From contig OZ316896.1 in the NCBI GenBank assembly GCA_973895155.1, forward strand, positions 16,664,654 through 16,728,653: 64,000 nt of DNA, given 5' to 3'. The notes below the pieces were generated by a model. The model did no database searches. It was not told the DNA's origin and saw only the letters and a list, made by a program, of their open reading frames with translations. This DNA is from Marsupella aquatica (lineage: Eukaryota; Plantae; Marchantiophyta). This document shows, piece by piece, positions 35,172 to 50,568 of this stretch. Each line of letters begins with the position of its first letter. The stretch's first letter is position 1. Made by a program: the position numbers and the translations under genes.

Positions 35172-38100
35172 AGTTGAAAACCCCTTACATAGTGTTGGCC
35201 CCACTTTTAAAGCAATTCTAATTAATTTATGATTACATTTCCACTAAACATGTTCAAACTGACAATATTGTCACTGTTGTTATTATATTTATCAAGATGT
35301 CACAATTTTACAATGCTCCTAATGACAGATACAAAGGCCTAACCATGCCTGGGTCATAGGTAGTCAGCTATGAGAAGCATGTCAAGGTGAATTGTCTTTT
35401 CTCTACACTGCCCTGAAGTTCCTCTCGAGCAAATGTTGAGAGCAATCCACTTAGCCCTGGTCAAACTACTCAGATCTATGTTCGTCCCAAGACTGCCATG
35501 AAGCTTCCATTTAAAAAACGTAAAGTTTTGTGAGAAAACAAGAATATTTGTGGGTGACCTTCCACATTGAGGAGGCAGGCCGTTAAAGTTTAAAGCCACC
35601 TACTGTAGAAGTGGGATGGCGACCTGATCAGGGACTGCTGTGTGGATTATATTTTCCTTCTATATATGTCTTGATGTGGGTATGCAATCGCTTTATAGGA
35701 ATTGCGCTCGTGGACAATGTAAATTTGAGCATACATTCTGGACAGAAAATACACAGAATGGCGGAGTGACCTGGGGAAGACAACTTTAGCCAAGTTAACT
35801 ATATACAACAGTCATGACATATTTGTACTACAATAAAATAATCATAGTTTTGTCAATAGGAATATCTTTTTGTGGGAAAGAAGTTGAGAATTGTTTACTA
35901 GTAGACAAGTCTTGAGCTTCTTAAACATGCCTGTCACTTTCAAAAAAGTGGTGTAGCTTTCTTGTACTTCTCAAATAATGACCTTAATTAGGTTTTTATT
36001 AGTGTTCTCAGCTTCCTTTGCCTTATTGAGAATACATTTGTTTCAATTTATTTTACAAAATGTGTATCTTTTGTATTTTTGTACTTTGAAATTATTGTCA
36101 TCCTCGTAAAGTTTATAATTTTCCTTTTGAGACCCTCCACTCTAGGTTTACATTTTATTTTTCAATCTTACCCATCTTTTGTTAGGATATGTTGTTTTAA
36201 TACTTATATTCAAGTTATATTATATATATTTTTCATACACTATTAATGGATACCTAGACCTTAAGCTTTATTTTCTCAAGAGTGTGAAGAATCCAAGGGA
36301 TGTGAGAAACAAACACTTCAAATAATGCCACCTCTCCCCTCTTATATAGCTCAGAAAATTAATAAAGTGTACTTTAATAGGTGTCCACTATGGCTTTGCC
36401 CGACTGGTATGGGGAAAACCTTATACCCTCCCAACACTTGTCATAAAGACTTTCAAACTTTGGCTCCTTCATTCAAGAGATTCTCATTTATTCAAGTGAT
36501 CTTGGTCTTTGAGTCTATCTTTAGAACAAGAAGTCGTCATCCAGTTTGCTTTGGTAGGGGCTTTGGTGAAAACAAGTGTCCCATTTCTTGTTAAGCCACC
36601 CTTACTATACCTCATATAAACCATGGAAATTTAAGCATAGTCCCTTTAAGTTTGTTCTGTTCAATAGACATGTTTATGCAAACAAAAAACAAAGGCTTAG
36701 GAACAAGCCATGTAGCCTTTCTCACTAGTTAGCTAATTAGATTCTGTGTCACTCAGCTAAAAAATAAAATAAAGAAAGTCTGTGTCAGCTTGCCTTGACC
36801 CTAATCCACACTCCCAATGCCTAATAACATATGGTCAACATGATCGATGGAATTGTAATTTTTTGAGAGAAGAGAAGAGGAATAAAGCAACTTTTAGATC
36901 ACTCGTGTAATCCTGATGGGAGTGTCTTTGAATTGAATGTGAAAGGTGCAAGGGAATATGTTAAGTCAGTTATTCCTCTTAGTTTGGTATTCTTGAACGG
37001 GTATCCAGTGGTTTTTTTGTGATGATTTATAACTAGAAACCTTTACCTAAAGTCATGGGCAATTTAACACAAAGGAGGAAAACAACAAAATTAAGGCAAA
37101 GTCAAACTTCCCCAAGTTGATGCATATCAATCATCAAAATATAAATTATTGGATAGGGGTCATGAAAAAAGTCATTGGTTGTAATAGGTGAGCAACAATG
37201 TAAATTGCCAAGATGAGTTTTTCTGTCATTTTAGTGTAGCGACATTGTTAGTGACATGTAGAGTTGCTTTAACAAAATTCCAGTTTATCCTGCGTGAACC
37301 CAGAGGATGGGGGATACGAGCAGGCTGAGAGCCATGTCAGGAAATAAAACCAAAGAGCCACAAAAAAGAACCTAGCGGCAAGGGCTCAGTTTCCTATGGA
37401 ATTCTGAGCAACCCCACCAGCCCCAATCAATTTCAAAAAGTTTTCTTGCGCCTCACCACTCAGCCACGTAGAGGTAGTTTAGAACCTTAATGTGTTAGCG
37501 ATATCCACAGCAGGTAGTGGGGCTTGCTAGTGACTTGTGTATATGATGGTGGCCTAGCTTGCCAGTTCCCTTAGTTATCAATGGCAATTGAGGTTAGGTC
37601 CCCACTTTGCAGCATCACTTTAGGATCTTAAATTGCCACATTCCTACACCCTAATCCCTTAATCACAATTTTGACTATGTTATTAAGTAACTTTGGAGAT
37701 GACAAACACGTATTGTGCAAAGCAAGAATTCTGGTAGATAGATCTCACAGTGGCATGGCATTGTATTGCACAGTGAACATCGAGGCAAGATAATAAAAGA
37801 GTCCAGTTGCATGGGTTGCCCTTGTGCAGTTTCTCCTTCTTAATTTTATTTAAATGCTTCAGTATGCAACAGAGAGATATACTTGAGGACATCCAAAATC
37901 AAAGATGTTACCTTATGGCCTCATGAGTGACCCAGACCCTTGATGTACCTTGAGTCAAGGTACCCAAATTTCATGGGGTCCATCAAGTAATACTTTCCTA
38001 TTAAAGGGTCCATCAATTATATCTCTCCTATGCAACAGGATGGTGAAAGGATTAAGCAACTGCATAACTGAAACTGCACTTCATCAGTAAGAGCTGGTAG

Positions 38101-40207
38101 TTTATGAGGATATCCTGAACACCTGCTTTGTCTCCCCCATTTTTCCTAGCGATTTGAGGGTGAGGCATTAATTTGGCATTCTGTCGTATGGATTGGTTAA
38201 ATAAAGGGAGTGCTATAAACATGCCAATATCTTCTACAAACTGGCCCCAGGATAGAGCTTTTAGAGCATTGCATTGCCTGCAGTTATTATTCTCACACAA
38301 TAACACCATGTGGTTCTTTCTGGCTGGCTGTTGCTCCATTGCTTCAGTGTATTTTGCTTTGGGAACAAAGGGATAGTTTTTGCTTTGCTTTGGGAACCAA
38401 GGGATAGTTAGGTTTTTGCTGCCGGTTATTTGATTATACTCGCCCTTGCATTATTGCAAAGGTTTCACCCTGCTGAGCCTTTCTCCAGGGCATGCTGCAT
38501 AAAAGTTAGGTCAAGGAAAATGATGCTCAGATGGACCACAATGTATAACCAAGTAACTCGGATGGACCCACAGCTCATGAAACCCAAACGAGTGATCATT
38601 AATACAAATAATGAGCGATACAATTTAAGTTTGGTAGGACTTTCGCTATTTTTGGCTTGGTCACTTTAAGGGCATCATATTTGCTACAATACTCACCTTG
38701 CTTTGAGGAGTGCCTGATGTAACTCAAAGGCCAACAGTTTTACCGTGTAAAATTGTCTCATCTTTGCTTGGCCGAAAATCCTGGCAATCGGCTTTCCTCA
38801 CACAGTGTTGGATTACCTTAATTCCGGGGATTTTTTTTTGTCTGTTTTCACAAACTCACTCAAGTTTCTGCATAAGTTAAGGTTCTGATCACAGCATTGT
38901 GAGCCATATAGCATGCTCATCCTCGAATATATTTGATATTTTGTCTTTTAGTGACATGTAAGTGGATAAAATATGAGAAAGAACTAGAATACATATTAAG
39001 TGCAAGTGGGATAAAATAATATAAATAGAGCACATGCAAAGAAAAGCACATAGTCATGTGACCAATGAAAAGTACCTTCAAGTGCTATGGCACAAAGGTG
39101 CTACAATGTGTGCACTTATTAATTCAATGTGCTGAAACTCAATTCAATAAAAACCATAAACTTAGGAAAGAAAGCCATGAGGGGAACATAATGTGTTCAG
39201 ATTATTTGCAATCATTTTTCTCTCGCATGAGAAGACTTGAAAATTTTGTTCAAGTGGTAGAAATTAAAGTCAGTGGTTAATCTAAGAGACACCAAAGACA
39301 AAATGAGTTCAAAATTGTTAAGATACCAAAACTTAAAGGGGTCCAAAAATTAATTAAAAATGTATATGATACAAAGGATGCCCCTTGATAAGGCACATTG
39401 AAAATAAAAATCCAAGACACAAACAATATGAATAAGACAAAATCTGAAAGGTGATTCACCATATAGGAGCTTGAAATGCCATAATGTCCTCTCAAATTTG
39501 GGCTGAAGCCTTTATTGGGGGACATTCTATCCAGAATGCCTGTAACCAGGACATTGCCCTGTTAAAAACTTGGGACTTTTGTGGGGCATTATATGTCAGA
39601 ATGCCCTCTAACCAGGACAATATACTATCAATACTCTTGGTTAACGATGGCCTCTATGGATTGCAAGAGTCCCACTTGGGGTGTTTGTCAATTGTTATAG
39701 ACTAAAGCGCTTACCTCCACCTTTCCTCCAATAAGAAAAAACACAATGTGGCCAACTCTGGTCACGCCCCCCACCGGTTTCATCATCAAGTTGCGATTTG
39801 GGGGTAAGGAATTGTCAGGTTGTCAGACTCATTGTCCAAAAAGGTGTGTGACTAATGACTCTTTGGGAGAAATGTCTCGAGCTCAGCGTTATTTTTAGTG
39901 TTGAAATTTCCTCAAAGTCCACCTCACTGAAATGTATTGGCCACTTTTGGCCAGGCTTTTTGTCTTCAGTTTTCAAGTTCCTTCCTTGCCTGGGACCCCT
40001 ACAGGCAATCTGACTGTTATCCTTAATCTAGGAAGATCTAATGGTCAGGAATTAAGTAAAATTAAATAGAAATATTCTTAGCATCTTCTCTTTGGCCAGC
40101 ATTTGAACCACATTTTGGGGGTCAATGGGAGTTTGGGGCCATAACTTGATGATCATGAGTACTAAAACAAGTTTTAGTTTTGCACCTGCAAGGTAACTAG
40201 AGAAGGA

Positions 40208-40495
40208 GGAGACAAAAAAACACAAGCTCAAATATTTAATACCGACACAATGAAAATTAATCTCATGGAATTGACCCACCACTTATGATGAAAAGAGAAA
40301 GAGGAGACCAAACAAAAACACAAGCTCAAATTTTTAATACTGACACAATGAAAATTAATCTCATGGAATTGACCCTCCACTTATGATCAAAAGAGAAGGC
40401 TGAGACAAAAAAAAAAAACACAAGCTCAAATATTTAATACTGACACAATGAAAATTAATCTCATGGAATTGACCCTCCACTTTTATCATGAAAAA
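40208..40495. repeat. ~97 bp tandem repeat, 3 copies
   Basis: CACAAGCTCAAAT...GACACAATGAAAATTAATCTCATGGAATTGACCC occurs three times. Confidence 0.9.
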
Positions 40496-43400
40496 CTCAA
40501 CTAGAATGGTTAGGAACTCACTGTCACTGTGATGGAAGTGTAGTCTACCTACTATTCTAGCATTTAAAATTGAATTTATGAATATCAGGTTATTACATTT
40601 AGACTCAAATTTTGGGGAAATGTGTTTCATGGGGGTTCCGAAGACCAACCTTGTGGTCCATGGGGGCTTCAAATTAGTGGCATTGCCTCGGCCAACAATA
40701 GTTTTAATTTTTGTTGTAGCCTGGGCTAGCTTCCACATGCTGATGTCATCAGTGTCATGAGAGGACGCTTTGTGCGGTTACTCCGATGCAAGATCCCGTT
40801 TCCGCATGGAAAAGTGGGTCAGTTTTGCCAGTGCCTTTTGGGAAAGGTTACCTGCTCGTGGAGCAATTGATGAAGGGGAGATCCGAAAGCTCTCTGGTCG
40901 TTTCTTTCTACTCGACAACAAAACAAGCTCTCTAGTGTCTCTTACGCAAGCCTTGCCTTGGCCGTGGCCCCACTCCTGTTCTCTACAGTCCCAACCGAAA
41001 TTCGCTCCTTTCTTACGTAATGAATTACGTTTGCCTCTCGATAGTTCCCTCATTATTCAATAGACTAATAGAGGGCTTTACAAGACGACTGGAGTAAGAT
41101 TTCATCCCAGGCAATAGTTTACTGTCATGGCTAGTTCTTGATTTGTAGAAGAAAGAGTGTGATGGCCATTTTATCTCCAGTTTGCCCGAGCCTACATGAG
41201 AGTGGATGGGTCGTATCCACCTGTACAGTGTTTATGTGGCCAATGTTTAGACCACCTCTCCAAATTCACGTCCACTTGTGCTAGTTCAAAGGTTTGGATG
41301 AAGATCCTGTCCCAACTAATGACTAATATATAAAAAGAAAATTTTATAGTATTCAATTTTTTTTGGGTCAATAGTCTATACTATCCTACTCGCCAAGAGC
41401 ACTATTGTGGAGGGGCATGACACATTCAAGAGCATAACCAGAGAGAGGGAGGGGGGGGGGGACTGACCAACTGGCTTTTGTATGGCCAGAAAGGACATAA
41501 GAACAAGCAAGGGGTGTATCAGAGTGCTTTGGGGAAAGAATCTCTAGAGTCCTGAGTCACGGGTACTCAAGATTGAGGTAGAGATCATTTCTATCAAATC
41601 TTGATATGGCGGTGTGCTATTTGCTAAAAAATATGACACAAATATTGCATGTTATCTTTGCTCAAACTTACGTTCTGGCATTTTTGGTGGACCCGCTATT
41701 TGATAAAAAATATGACACCATGTTATTCAAGCTCAAACTTAAGTTATGGCACTTTTAGTGGACCCCAATGAAAAGTTCCTTCCAATCCATGGCAACACAT
41801 GCAGTCACATCAGCACCATTGATCACAAACAAGAAAGGCTAGTTGTGCAAAAAAACCAAACCTACTGATTTGTGTTGGAGCCAAGGCAAGGAAAGAAACC
41901 ATTAGACCCTCTAACAATAGAAACTATGGAAATAAAAATGCAATAATTCAAATAAACAAACAAAGGGGTATTAGAAAACAACGTTTTGGATTATGTTAGG
42001 ACACTTGACGTGGACTATAGATCTTGCCACATTTGTTTCTGATGTGGACGCACTAGTGAGGTGTTGCATACAGTGCTTTGTGCTTTCTCTTCTTCTTTGG
42101 TTTTCTTTTTGCTTGTTTAGTGTTTGTCTATTTGGACCTCTTTTTCTTTCCTTTCATTCTACTTTGTTTTTTCCCTGATTTATAAATTTTGGTGGAAGTT
42201 GGTTTTTTTGGATGGTTGGTGCTTTTAAATTAGTTTTGTTGTGATTTCACATATAAGTGTTTTCCAGTAAAATGTTTGCATTTTCTATTTAATTGAATTT
42301 TTTTTGAAACGGCCATAGATAGGAATAAACCCTTCTGCTTCAATCTGTAAATGCTTCATAGACTATATGGATAGTCAGAGGACTATCAACTGAATGTAAG
42401 AAACCCTTCGACTATTATAGACAGAGGAAGACAAAAGGAATGTAAGAGACCTTGCATAGCTTTTTGTACGGATTCTATGGACAAAGGGGTACATGGATGT
42501 ACCGTGAATAATATATTCTTTGTCTTTACCTAATTATTGTAAAACCCCATCCATTCAGAATTCTCCATTTAGTCTTTGTCCTCTCATTTCCATATTCAAA
42601 TCTATACATGCAACTTTTGATCTCTCCAACTTGTTGAATAACAGCAAGGTTACACAACCAAGGGGTCCTCAAACTAGTTTTGTTTTGGAAGGGAGGGGGG
42701 GGGGGGGGGAGATGAGGGGTGAAGCTTGTTGCATGAGAATAGTGTGATATGGATCGTGTTCATTCAGTTGAAATATCCTGTGGTTCTATCAGTTTTGTAT
42801 TATAGGGACAAAAGAATATTAGCGTCCAAACGGGACATATGGGAAAACTCAGTTTCCTTGGAAAATTTCGGAAAACAGTATAGGAAGATATTGCGTTTTT
42901 CTCTCTAGTGTTACTTTTCCGTTCACAAGATTTCTGCCTGCAGCTCATGAGAAAAGCCTGACAAATTTATAAAAAGCGAAGCGGGATAGGCCAAAGGTGG
43001 ATGGTAAATACCATGCAGTGACCCCACTGGTGCTAAGCAGATAACTAGATTTAACACTGAGGTATGTCAGTTTGGACTATACCAAGCAAGACCCAAGTTG
43101 CATATCTCATTGGTTAATGCACGAGATTCTGCTCCAGCCGGTCCCTGATTCAAATTTTCTTGCATGACCTATAGGGGCTCCAATGTTTTATGCACTTTCT
43201 TGAGCTTTTTAACAAGAGTAGCCGCTTTGCATGACTTAGGTTACACAATCATACTACTGAGATTGCCTTGTTCTCCACTTATGCAATGGGGACATGTGTT
43301 GGTTCTCAAGTGGTGGTGGAGTGTTGCCATGATATAGATGCTCCCATGTATATATCATTATGAGCTGCAATTACATCAAGATCGAAATAAGATCGGTAGC

Positions 43401-46400
43401 ATTACTTTTTTTTGGAAGATACCTCCCCAAAATTGAGACGAATGTTCAAGTTATTTCCTCTTTCCTCCCCTTTAGTTGACCACTACGAAGTACTTTAACA
43501 CTTTCTCAGAAGTCAGAATTGTTGAACTTTGAAGCCATCCCTCATGAGGTAGTCTATTTTTTGGGGGGCTTGTGGTTGAAAAGAAATGAAAGAAGGTAAC
43601 TTCAGCGAAGGGGGACTACTTGTGTTACCATCTACCATGTACTGTCCCCCCTTACTATGTGCATAACGACCAATCTTGCCCCTGGCCCCATGACTTAATT
43701 CCATATGTAGTTTCTACCATGGAGGGAGGTGTAGAGGGAATTCTCATTGGATGCATTCATTTAGTGGGCCTTAAATATCATCTCAATTTTGAGGAGAAAA
43801 TTGAATTGAAGCACTTGATACAGTTTGTGAAAATGAGTGCTGTTGCAGATATGATATTTAACGATGTTCTGAGAACCAATTTAAATTAAAGAGTGGGGGA
43901 GCCTGGTTGCATCAACCTGGGCCCTTGGTGTGGGGACTAGCATGAAGGGCAAGGGCATCAGACACAGAAGGCAAGGGCAAGAAGAGGACAAGGTGAGAGA
44001 GGGCACATTAGGAAGGGCATCGGGCACAGAGGATGAGGGCAAAGGCAGGGCCAAGTACAGTCCACAAGTTGAAGACAGGGCAGGAAAGATAGGATTAAGG
44101 GAGTGCAAGGGGCCTCTTGGAAGATAATACGGTTTGGAAAAACAGTAACTGTGTCAGTGAACTGTCAGTATTCATTCTTGCCCATTTCACTTTTTGTAAA
44201 CAAACAGCAAAGGATTGAATGATGCCATGGGCAGTTTATGAATCACTAAATTCACAAAATTAAAGGTGCATAAGAGATCACCATCCAACTCTAGGGGAGG
44301 GGGGTCATTCAAAATCTTCCAACCCATCAGGTATAATTGTCAGTATGGTGTTTTAAATTAAATTTTAAAAAACATAAAAGATAAAATTTTAAAAACTTAA
44401 AAGACAAAATTTTAAAAAATAATTAAAGAATATTCCAAAAATATAATAAATTTACAGGGGTAAGACATCTCCCCAAAAATCATTATATAATCTCCCCAGT
44501 AATTTAATCCCTATAAACATCGCATGTGGTGCTCCAGGAGGACCAGAATCCAGATAGTGCCCCCAAGCGATCCAACTTCAGACGGATGAACAAACAAGAA
44601 ATCATGTTGCCCAGTTAAATTAGAAATTAAATAATGACAACAGGAAAAATAGAAGCAGGTCTTCTGTGATTCGTCTGTATTGTATGGCCACACGCTCACT
44701 TATCCCCGAATGAAATAAAATAATATGGGAATTTTAAGCAAAGAGACCTGGGAGGTGGTCGGACATATTTCCGTGCATCCTGTGCAAGACACCTGTTTCT
44801 AGCCTGCATTTTGCCAACTTGGCAATTACACTCCGCACTCATGCACCTTCACCAGCGCGGGCATGTGCCACGTAAAAAAGTACTCCGCCGTTTAGGCACA
44901 AGGCGTTTGCGTCGCATCCACCGGCGATCAAGAGTCGCCTGCTCCTAAACGACCCTGGCGACTGGCAATAGGCAGTAGGGATTATCCTGTTTACAGGCTA
45001 CAGCCAGTCCAGTTTGTCTTCGTTTCTGCATGTGAGGACCGGACCACCGGACGACTGGCTGGAGGCGGTCGGACTGCCGAAGTCCGGTAGTGCTGGGGAA
45101 CGAGACGAGTGAATGCATGGGTGAAAGAAAAGAAGGTACGAGAAGAAGAGACGAGAGAGCAGATTCAGTCGAAAGCTCGCGAGGAAGAGAGTCACTGGAT
45201 GTCTGAGCTCATTCGAAGTCGTTCTTCTCGAGAATCGTTCGTCGTCGCGGAAATTTCAGGTGAGTCTCGATCGAGCCACTGTACTGTGTTTGATTGCGAG
45301 TCAATTCGTGTTGTTCGTGGAGATGACTGTCTTCGTACCTTTTGTCTGGTCTTTCTCTGGTCTTTCTCTGTTTCTTCGGAGCTGCATTCTCGATTTTTGG
45401 AGAAAGATTGCTGTAATCGATGTTTGGTTTCGTGTTCCTGGGCTCCCTCCCTCCGTCCCTCCGCGCCGAAACTGACCAAACGCGCCACACATTCGAGGAT
45501 TGAGCCAACCTTTGAGCTTTGTGTTCGGTTTTTTTTCTTTCGTTTTTGGTGGCGGGGTAGGTGAGACGCTTGGTTCTGGTCCAAGACGAGAAACTTTGTG
45601 GTGTGGCAATTGCGGAGAGTAAAATTAAGTTGGCTAGTCAGACGAATTCTCTGGTTATTACACTATCGCGAGGTTGGGGGAGCCTCGGTCGGTTTTGTTT
45701 CAGGATGTAATTTGAGGGACTTAAGATTTTCTTGCGCCTTTTGATGGCATTAATGCCGAACTAGACCGCCAGTGTTGTGTGTTACAGTGATTTTTCACTA
45801 GGAATGCGTCGTGGACGGTTTGGTCTCCTGCATGCAATATCTTGTAGGAGCAAATGCGTTTTACGCACGCTTTACAGTTGTCATACTCCCCTCGCTATTC
45901 TTCTGAATGCTGTCGGGAGGTTCTAACTTTTATTCGGCTCTCGTTCTAGATTGCCTAATGAGCTGCTTCCAAAAGAGAGATGATGCTTTCACGGATATGT
46001 TTTGCATGGTGATTCTTTTCTGATTTGGATTGATATTTTCTCCGTAATTAACATCTTCCAAAGCGGGATGATGGTTTGGTGGACATGCTTTTCTTTGTGA
46101 TTCATTTTCTGATTTTTGATGTTTGGGTAAGCTATCCTGGTAAGGTTGCTGCTGAGGCTCGCGGTACCTGGCTCGTGATCGACCACTTGTACTACACGAG
46201 ATTGTGTCGTTTGCACCCGTTTTGGATTGTACTCGCCTGGATGTGTTGATGTGACTTGATGTCATGGTAACCTGTGTCTTGAGTTAATGTGTATAACTGC
46301 ATGTTGGTATTTTCTTGGCTACTGCTGCAATTCTTGGAGATCAGTCGTTTCTACTATGCGCTTCAGCTCACCAAATGTTAAGTCACTTTTTTGAGCTTTA

Positions 46401-46816
46401 TCATCCTGTAAATAATACTAAAAGGCTTTCCTGACATTTTGGTTTGTGGCTTTCACTAATTCTTGTTACCCGCATGAACAGCTGAGCCGTTTCAGTTGAA
46501 GTAGTGGAGTGCGGTCCTAATTTTCGTTGGAGTTGTGGAGCTCGTCCTAATTCTTGTTTTTTCTTCCTAGAATGAGGACTTGTGACTGTGTTTTTGTCAT
46601 CCTAGCCATGAGTCTCTCAGCAGAGGTAGATCCAATCAATATGGCCTGCGTAACATAAGCCGGAACTCTGTCTTTCGGGTCCCTTCAGTTTCCTATATTT
46701 GCCAATCAACGTGGTTTCTAGGACAGGTATCTTCTATTATGTTCCATGTCGCGAGTGCTTAGAACCTTGTCTTTGGTCCTAAAATTTGTGCTCTTGTCAT
46801 TTAATCTTTGTGCAGA

Positions 46817-49800
46817 ATGGCATCGTCTGCTCTCCTTGGCAATTTGGGGCAATTGTCCCCCTGTACAACCTTGAACGTCCGAGAGAAACCCAATTTGACG
46901 ACAAAAAGTTCTGGCCATCTAGAAGGCAACCGAGTACTCCATCAACGAAGACAATGCCTCACCTTGGGATCTCAGGTATGTGCAGGCCTCTCATATGGTT
47001 TGCTCTTATCAGAGGGATTATGCATTCCTTGCCAACAAGTTGAAAGTTAGTCGTAAAATTAGATTATCTGCCGCGGTTCCCCTCTAGTCCTTGGTACAAC
47101 TTGTCTTCAAATTATTGTTTTTCATTGTAGAAATCTGAGTTTGATTTGAATTTTGTAGAGTTTACCTCCATTACATTGGGCGGAATTCGACTTATGGACT
47201 ACATGCATGCCAATAACCCATCCGTGCGCCATGCTCCCAGATCTGGGGAAGCACCATGAAGGAGGTGACTCGAGCGAGCTCACGCTTCCGTAAGCTCCAT
47301 TCATGGAAGCTGAGAGCAGAGCTAACAGAGGAGGAAGAGAAGAAAAACCGGTCTTCAAATACGGTGGTCGAGAAGCCAAAGGAGACAAGCGAAGATGGGC
47401 AGCCTCCCGCAGCAGCTGACAAGAAGCAGGAGTTGGACTGGAAGAAAGACGAGGATGTGAAGAGATACCTGTCCAATCCATCCATTGAGACGCTCCTGAA
47501 GGTGGAGGCCAAACGAGCGGAGCAACGGCTGAAAGAACTGGAGACACAGGAGCAAGGAAATTTTTTTAACAAATTGTTCGCAGATTTCAGGAGAAACACC
47601 TTGAAGAGAGAAAAGGAGAGGCTAGACAAGGCTCAGCAGACCTTTAAGGCCTTGGATTTGAACGAGGTATGCAAATCCTCCTTATTTGTTTGCGTCCCCT
47701 CTTTTGCACGTTGTTCAAATTGCTTGATCGTCGGCAGTCAAAATCAATAAATTGTCATTGCTAGGGTCTCTGTACTTTCACCATTCATGTGAATAGGCCA
47801 ATACAGCAGTACATCATCAGAGAACAAAAGCGTGCAAGGATCTTGCTCACGACTTTTTCACCAGGAAAGAAGTAAAACTTCCAAACGAGAGAAATTCATG
47901 TGTCACAGAACAGCACATAGGATACTGAAACTTTCTGAACCTGAAACAAATACTCATTTGTTTGAACTCCAGAGATAGAGAAAGAGTTGTTTGGAGTCTC
48001 TTTTGGCAAAGTACAAAGGTAGAAAGAGGCAATTACAAAGAGTGAAAGATTGTGTGCATGCCTTGCTTTCTCGATTACAGTACTTCGCGGTTTGGCTGGG
48101 CCATTGATGTGTACATGATTTGTTCAGCTGAAGAAATGCTTCGGTTATGACACATTCTACGCGACGGAAGTCCGTCGGTTTGGGGACGGAGGGATCTTCA
48201 TAGGCAACATCCGGAGGCCACTGGAGGAAGTGAAGGGAAAGCTGGAGTCCAAGCTCGCGCAGGCTGCGGGAATGGAGGTGGACGTCTGGTTTCTGGAGGA
48301 GACGTCTCCCGACGGCGAGAAGAAGCAGGTCGGTTGAATTGGGTTGAGTTGACTTTGATTGGGTTGCGAACTGCATGGTTTTTCGTTCAGTGAATTGGAT
48401 CCAGGTGTGCCTTTCGCGGGTTATATTGCTCTGCTTGGTTTGCCCAGGGGTTGTAGATGCGCCAGAAATACTTGGGCAAAGCAGAGGAAAAAAGAACGCT
48501 AATCGATTGCTATAGTGAATGGATGCAATTGAAAGGCTATGGCAAAGGGACATAAAGTACGAAGTCAAATGACGTGAGAATGAAAACATACATTTGGAAT
48601 ATAAGTATGACTGGCATTAGGTTGAATAGAATAAGTAACGAACAATTAGAAAAAGATAGTAGGAACGATATGATGTGCGCATTCTAACTAATTTGGAGTA
48701 CGGATTAGTCGTTAATAAATGCACGTATTAGCTGATGAATGATGCTGATACAGCTATTCAATGTCTGAGGCAAACTTTACTTAAACTCGAAAGAATTTGA
48801 GTAATATTATGAGCCTGAAAAAACATGGGATTAGTAGACAGTAGATACAAATTATGGATCTTTCAATCCACAGTCTTGTCATTGTGTTCTCAAGTGGGTC
48901 CTGAGCAATAATCCCTCCTACTGCATGGCGCTTATAGCCTTGGTGTGTGATTCCAGGACATTTGGAATTTTTCGTCTATTGTCAACAATTTGACAACTTA
49001 TTCGGTGGGAAAGCTTACATTCCCAAACCACTGTCTTGATGATGTATGCAGGTCTGTGTGGTTCAACCAAAAGCAGAAATAGACCTGCAATTCAATGTTG
49101 AGAAGCTCAGCAACGTATACGGATATGTGGTCTCTCTCCTCTTGGGTGTCACCACTGTTGGGACAATTGCTCTTATGAGCGGTTTTTTCTTGGAACCTGG
49201 AGCAACATTCGATGACTATGTTGCACGGGTTTTGCCCCTTTTCGGAGGATTTCTTACTATCCTCGTTACTTCTGAGGTAACTTAAGAGCAGCTCCCAAAT
49301 TAATGTACTCCCCACATTTGCTGCTGCTCTTATTGTTGTACTAGCTACAGGTGATCTGTCAGCTTCAAATTTCTGGCTTTCCTGCATCGATCACGTAAGT
49401 ATTTGTGTAATGCTCATGGCAGGTCGCTACAAGGTTGACAGCCGCCAAATATGGAGTGACGCTGAGCCCAACCTTTCTTATCCCCTCAACCTGGACAGGA
49501 TGCTTAGGTGCGGTGAACAACATTGAGTCGTTGCTTCCAACGAAGAAAGCACTATTCGACATTGCTGCTGCCAGGGTAACCAGTGCTTACTTGGCGTCTG
49601 GATTGCTGGCCTTGGTGGCCTTCTACATTGATGGAAGCTTCAATGGTGGCGACAATGCATTGTATGCCTTCCCTCTTCTTCTTCCTCTGGTGGGCTGATG
49701 TTCAACTTCACCGTCACCGAAAATCTGATCAGATGTGTGGTGCAGGACTGCTGTGCATTCTAGTTAAGGTACTCGGCAGGACCTTCTCTAATCTTGTGCA

Positions 49801-50568
49801 CTGAATGATGTTACAGGGTCATCCGACCGCAGTTTTTCTACAACAATCCTCTCCTGTCATTCGTGCAGTATTGGATTGGACCCTACAGCGATGAGTTAGG
49901 CAACGTCCTCCCTCAAGCTGTTCCTGGCGTAGGAGTGCCAGTCGATCCTCTCGCCTTTGCCGGGATGCTTGGTGAGGATTTCTTCCAAGCAATTTCTGTA
50001 CCTACCCAACTGCATGTCTTTTTCACTTGTGTAGGGCAGTGATCCAGCAAGTTTGTGAACATGTGGTTATTGAATCCATATAACGTGTTTTACAAGATGG
50101 ATATCCGACTGGGCCATAAATTTTGTTCCATTGTCGTTAGATTTTTGTCCTCTGGATATCTACGATTTCGCGTTCTGACCCGAAGAATGTACTTGCGAAA
50201 ATGGGGATGCAGGAATAGTGATAACATCCTTGAATATGCTGCCATGTGGGAAGCTGGAGGGTGGACGCCTGACACAGGCACTGTTTGGCAGAAGCCTAGC
50301 GAGTCGTCTATCATTTTTCACTAGTCTGATTCTAGGATTTGGAGGGCTGTCGGGGAGTGTTGTAGCCCTGGTGTGGGCTTTTGTAGCCACATTCTTCCGA
50401 CGAGGTGAGGAGCTTCCTGCCCAAGATGAGATCACACCATTAGGCCAAGAACGCTACATCTGGGGCTTTGCTCTGGCCTTCATTTGCGTGTTGAGCCTAT
50501 TTCCCAATAGCGCTGGAACCTTCCCCAGCCCTCTGTACACTCCTCCTTTCTTCCGTGGCGATTTCTGA
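46817..50568 (+). CDS. EGY3: EGY3-like chloroplast M50-family pseudoprotease; exons 46817-46975, 47241-47666, 48128-48328, 49052-49276, 49423-49661, 49817-49971, 50213-50568
   Basis: Transit-peptide-like MASSALLG; NPSIE; CFGYDTFYATEVRRFGDGGIFIGN; PSTWTGCLG; RPQFFYNNPLLSFVQY; VPVDPLAFAG; TSLNMLPCGKLEGGR. All junctions are GT-AG and in frame. It lacks HExxH, as expected for EGY3. Confidence 0.92.

Noticed and set aside
45109-46265. ORFs upstream of EGY3
   Set aside because: Consistent with the EGY3 5' UTR and leader intron; no protein motifs.
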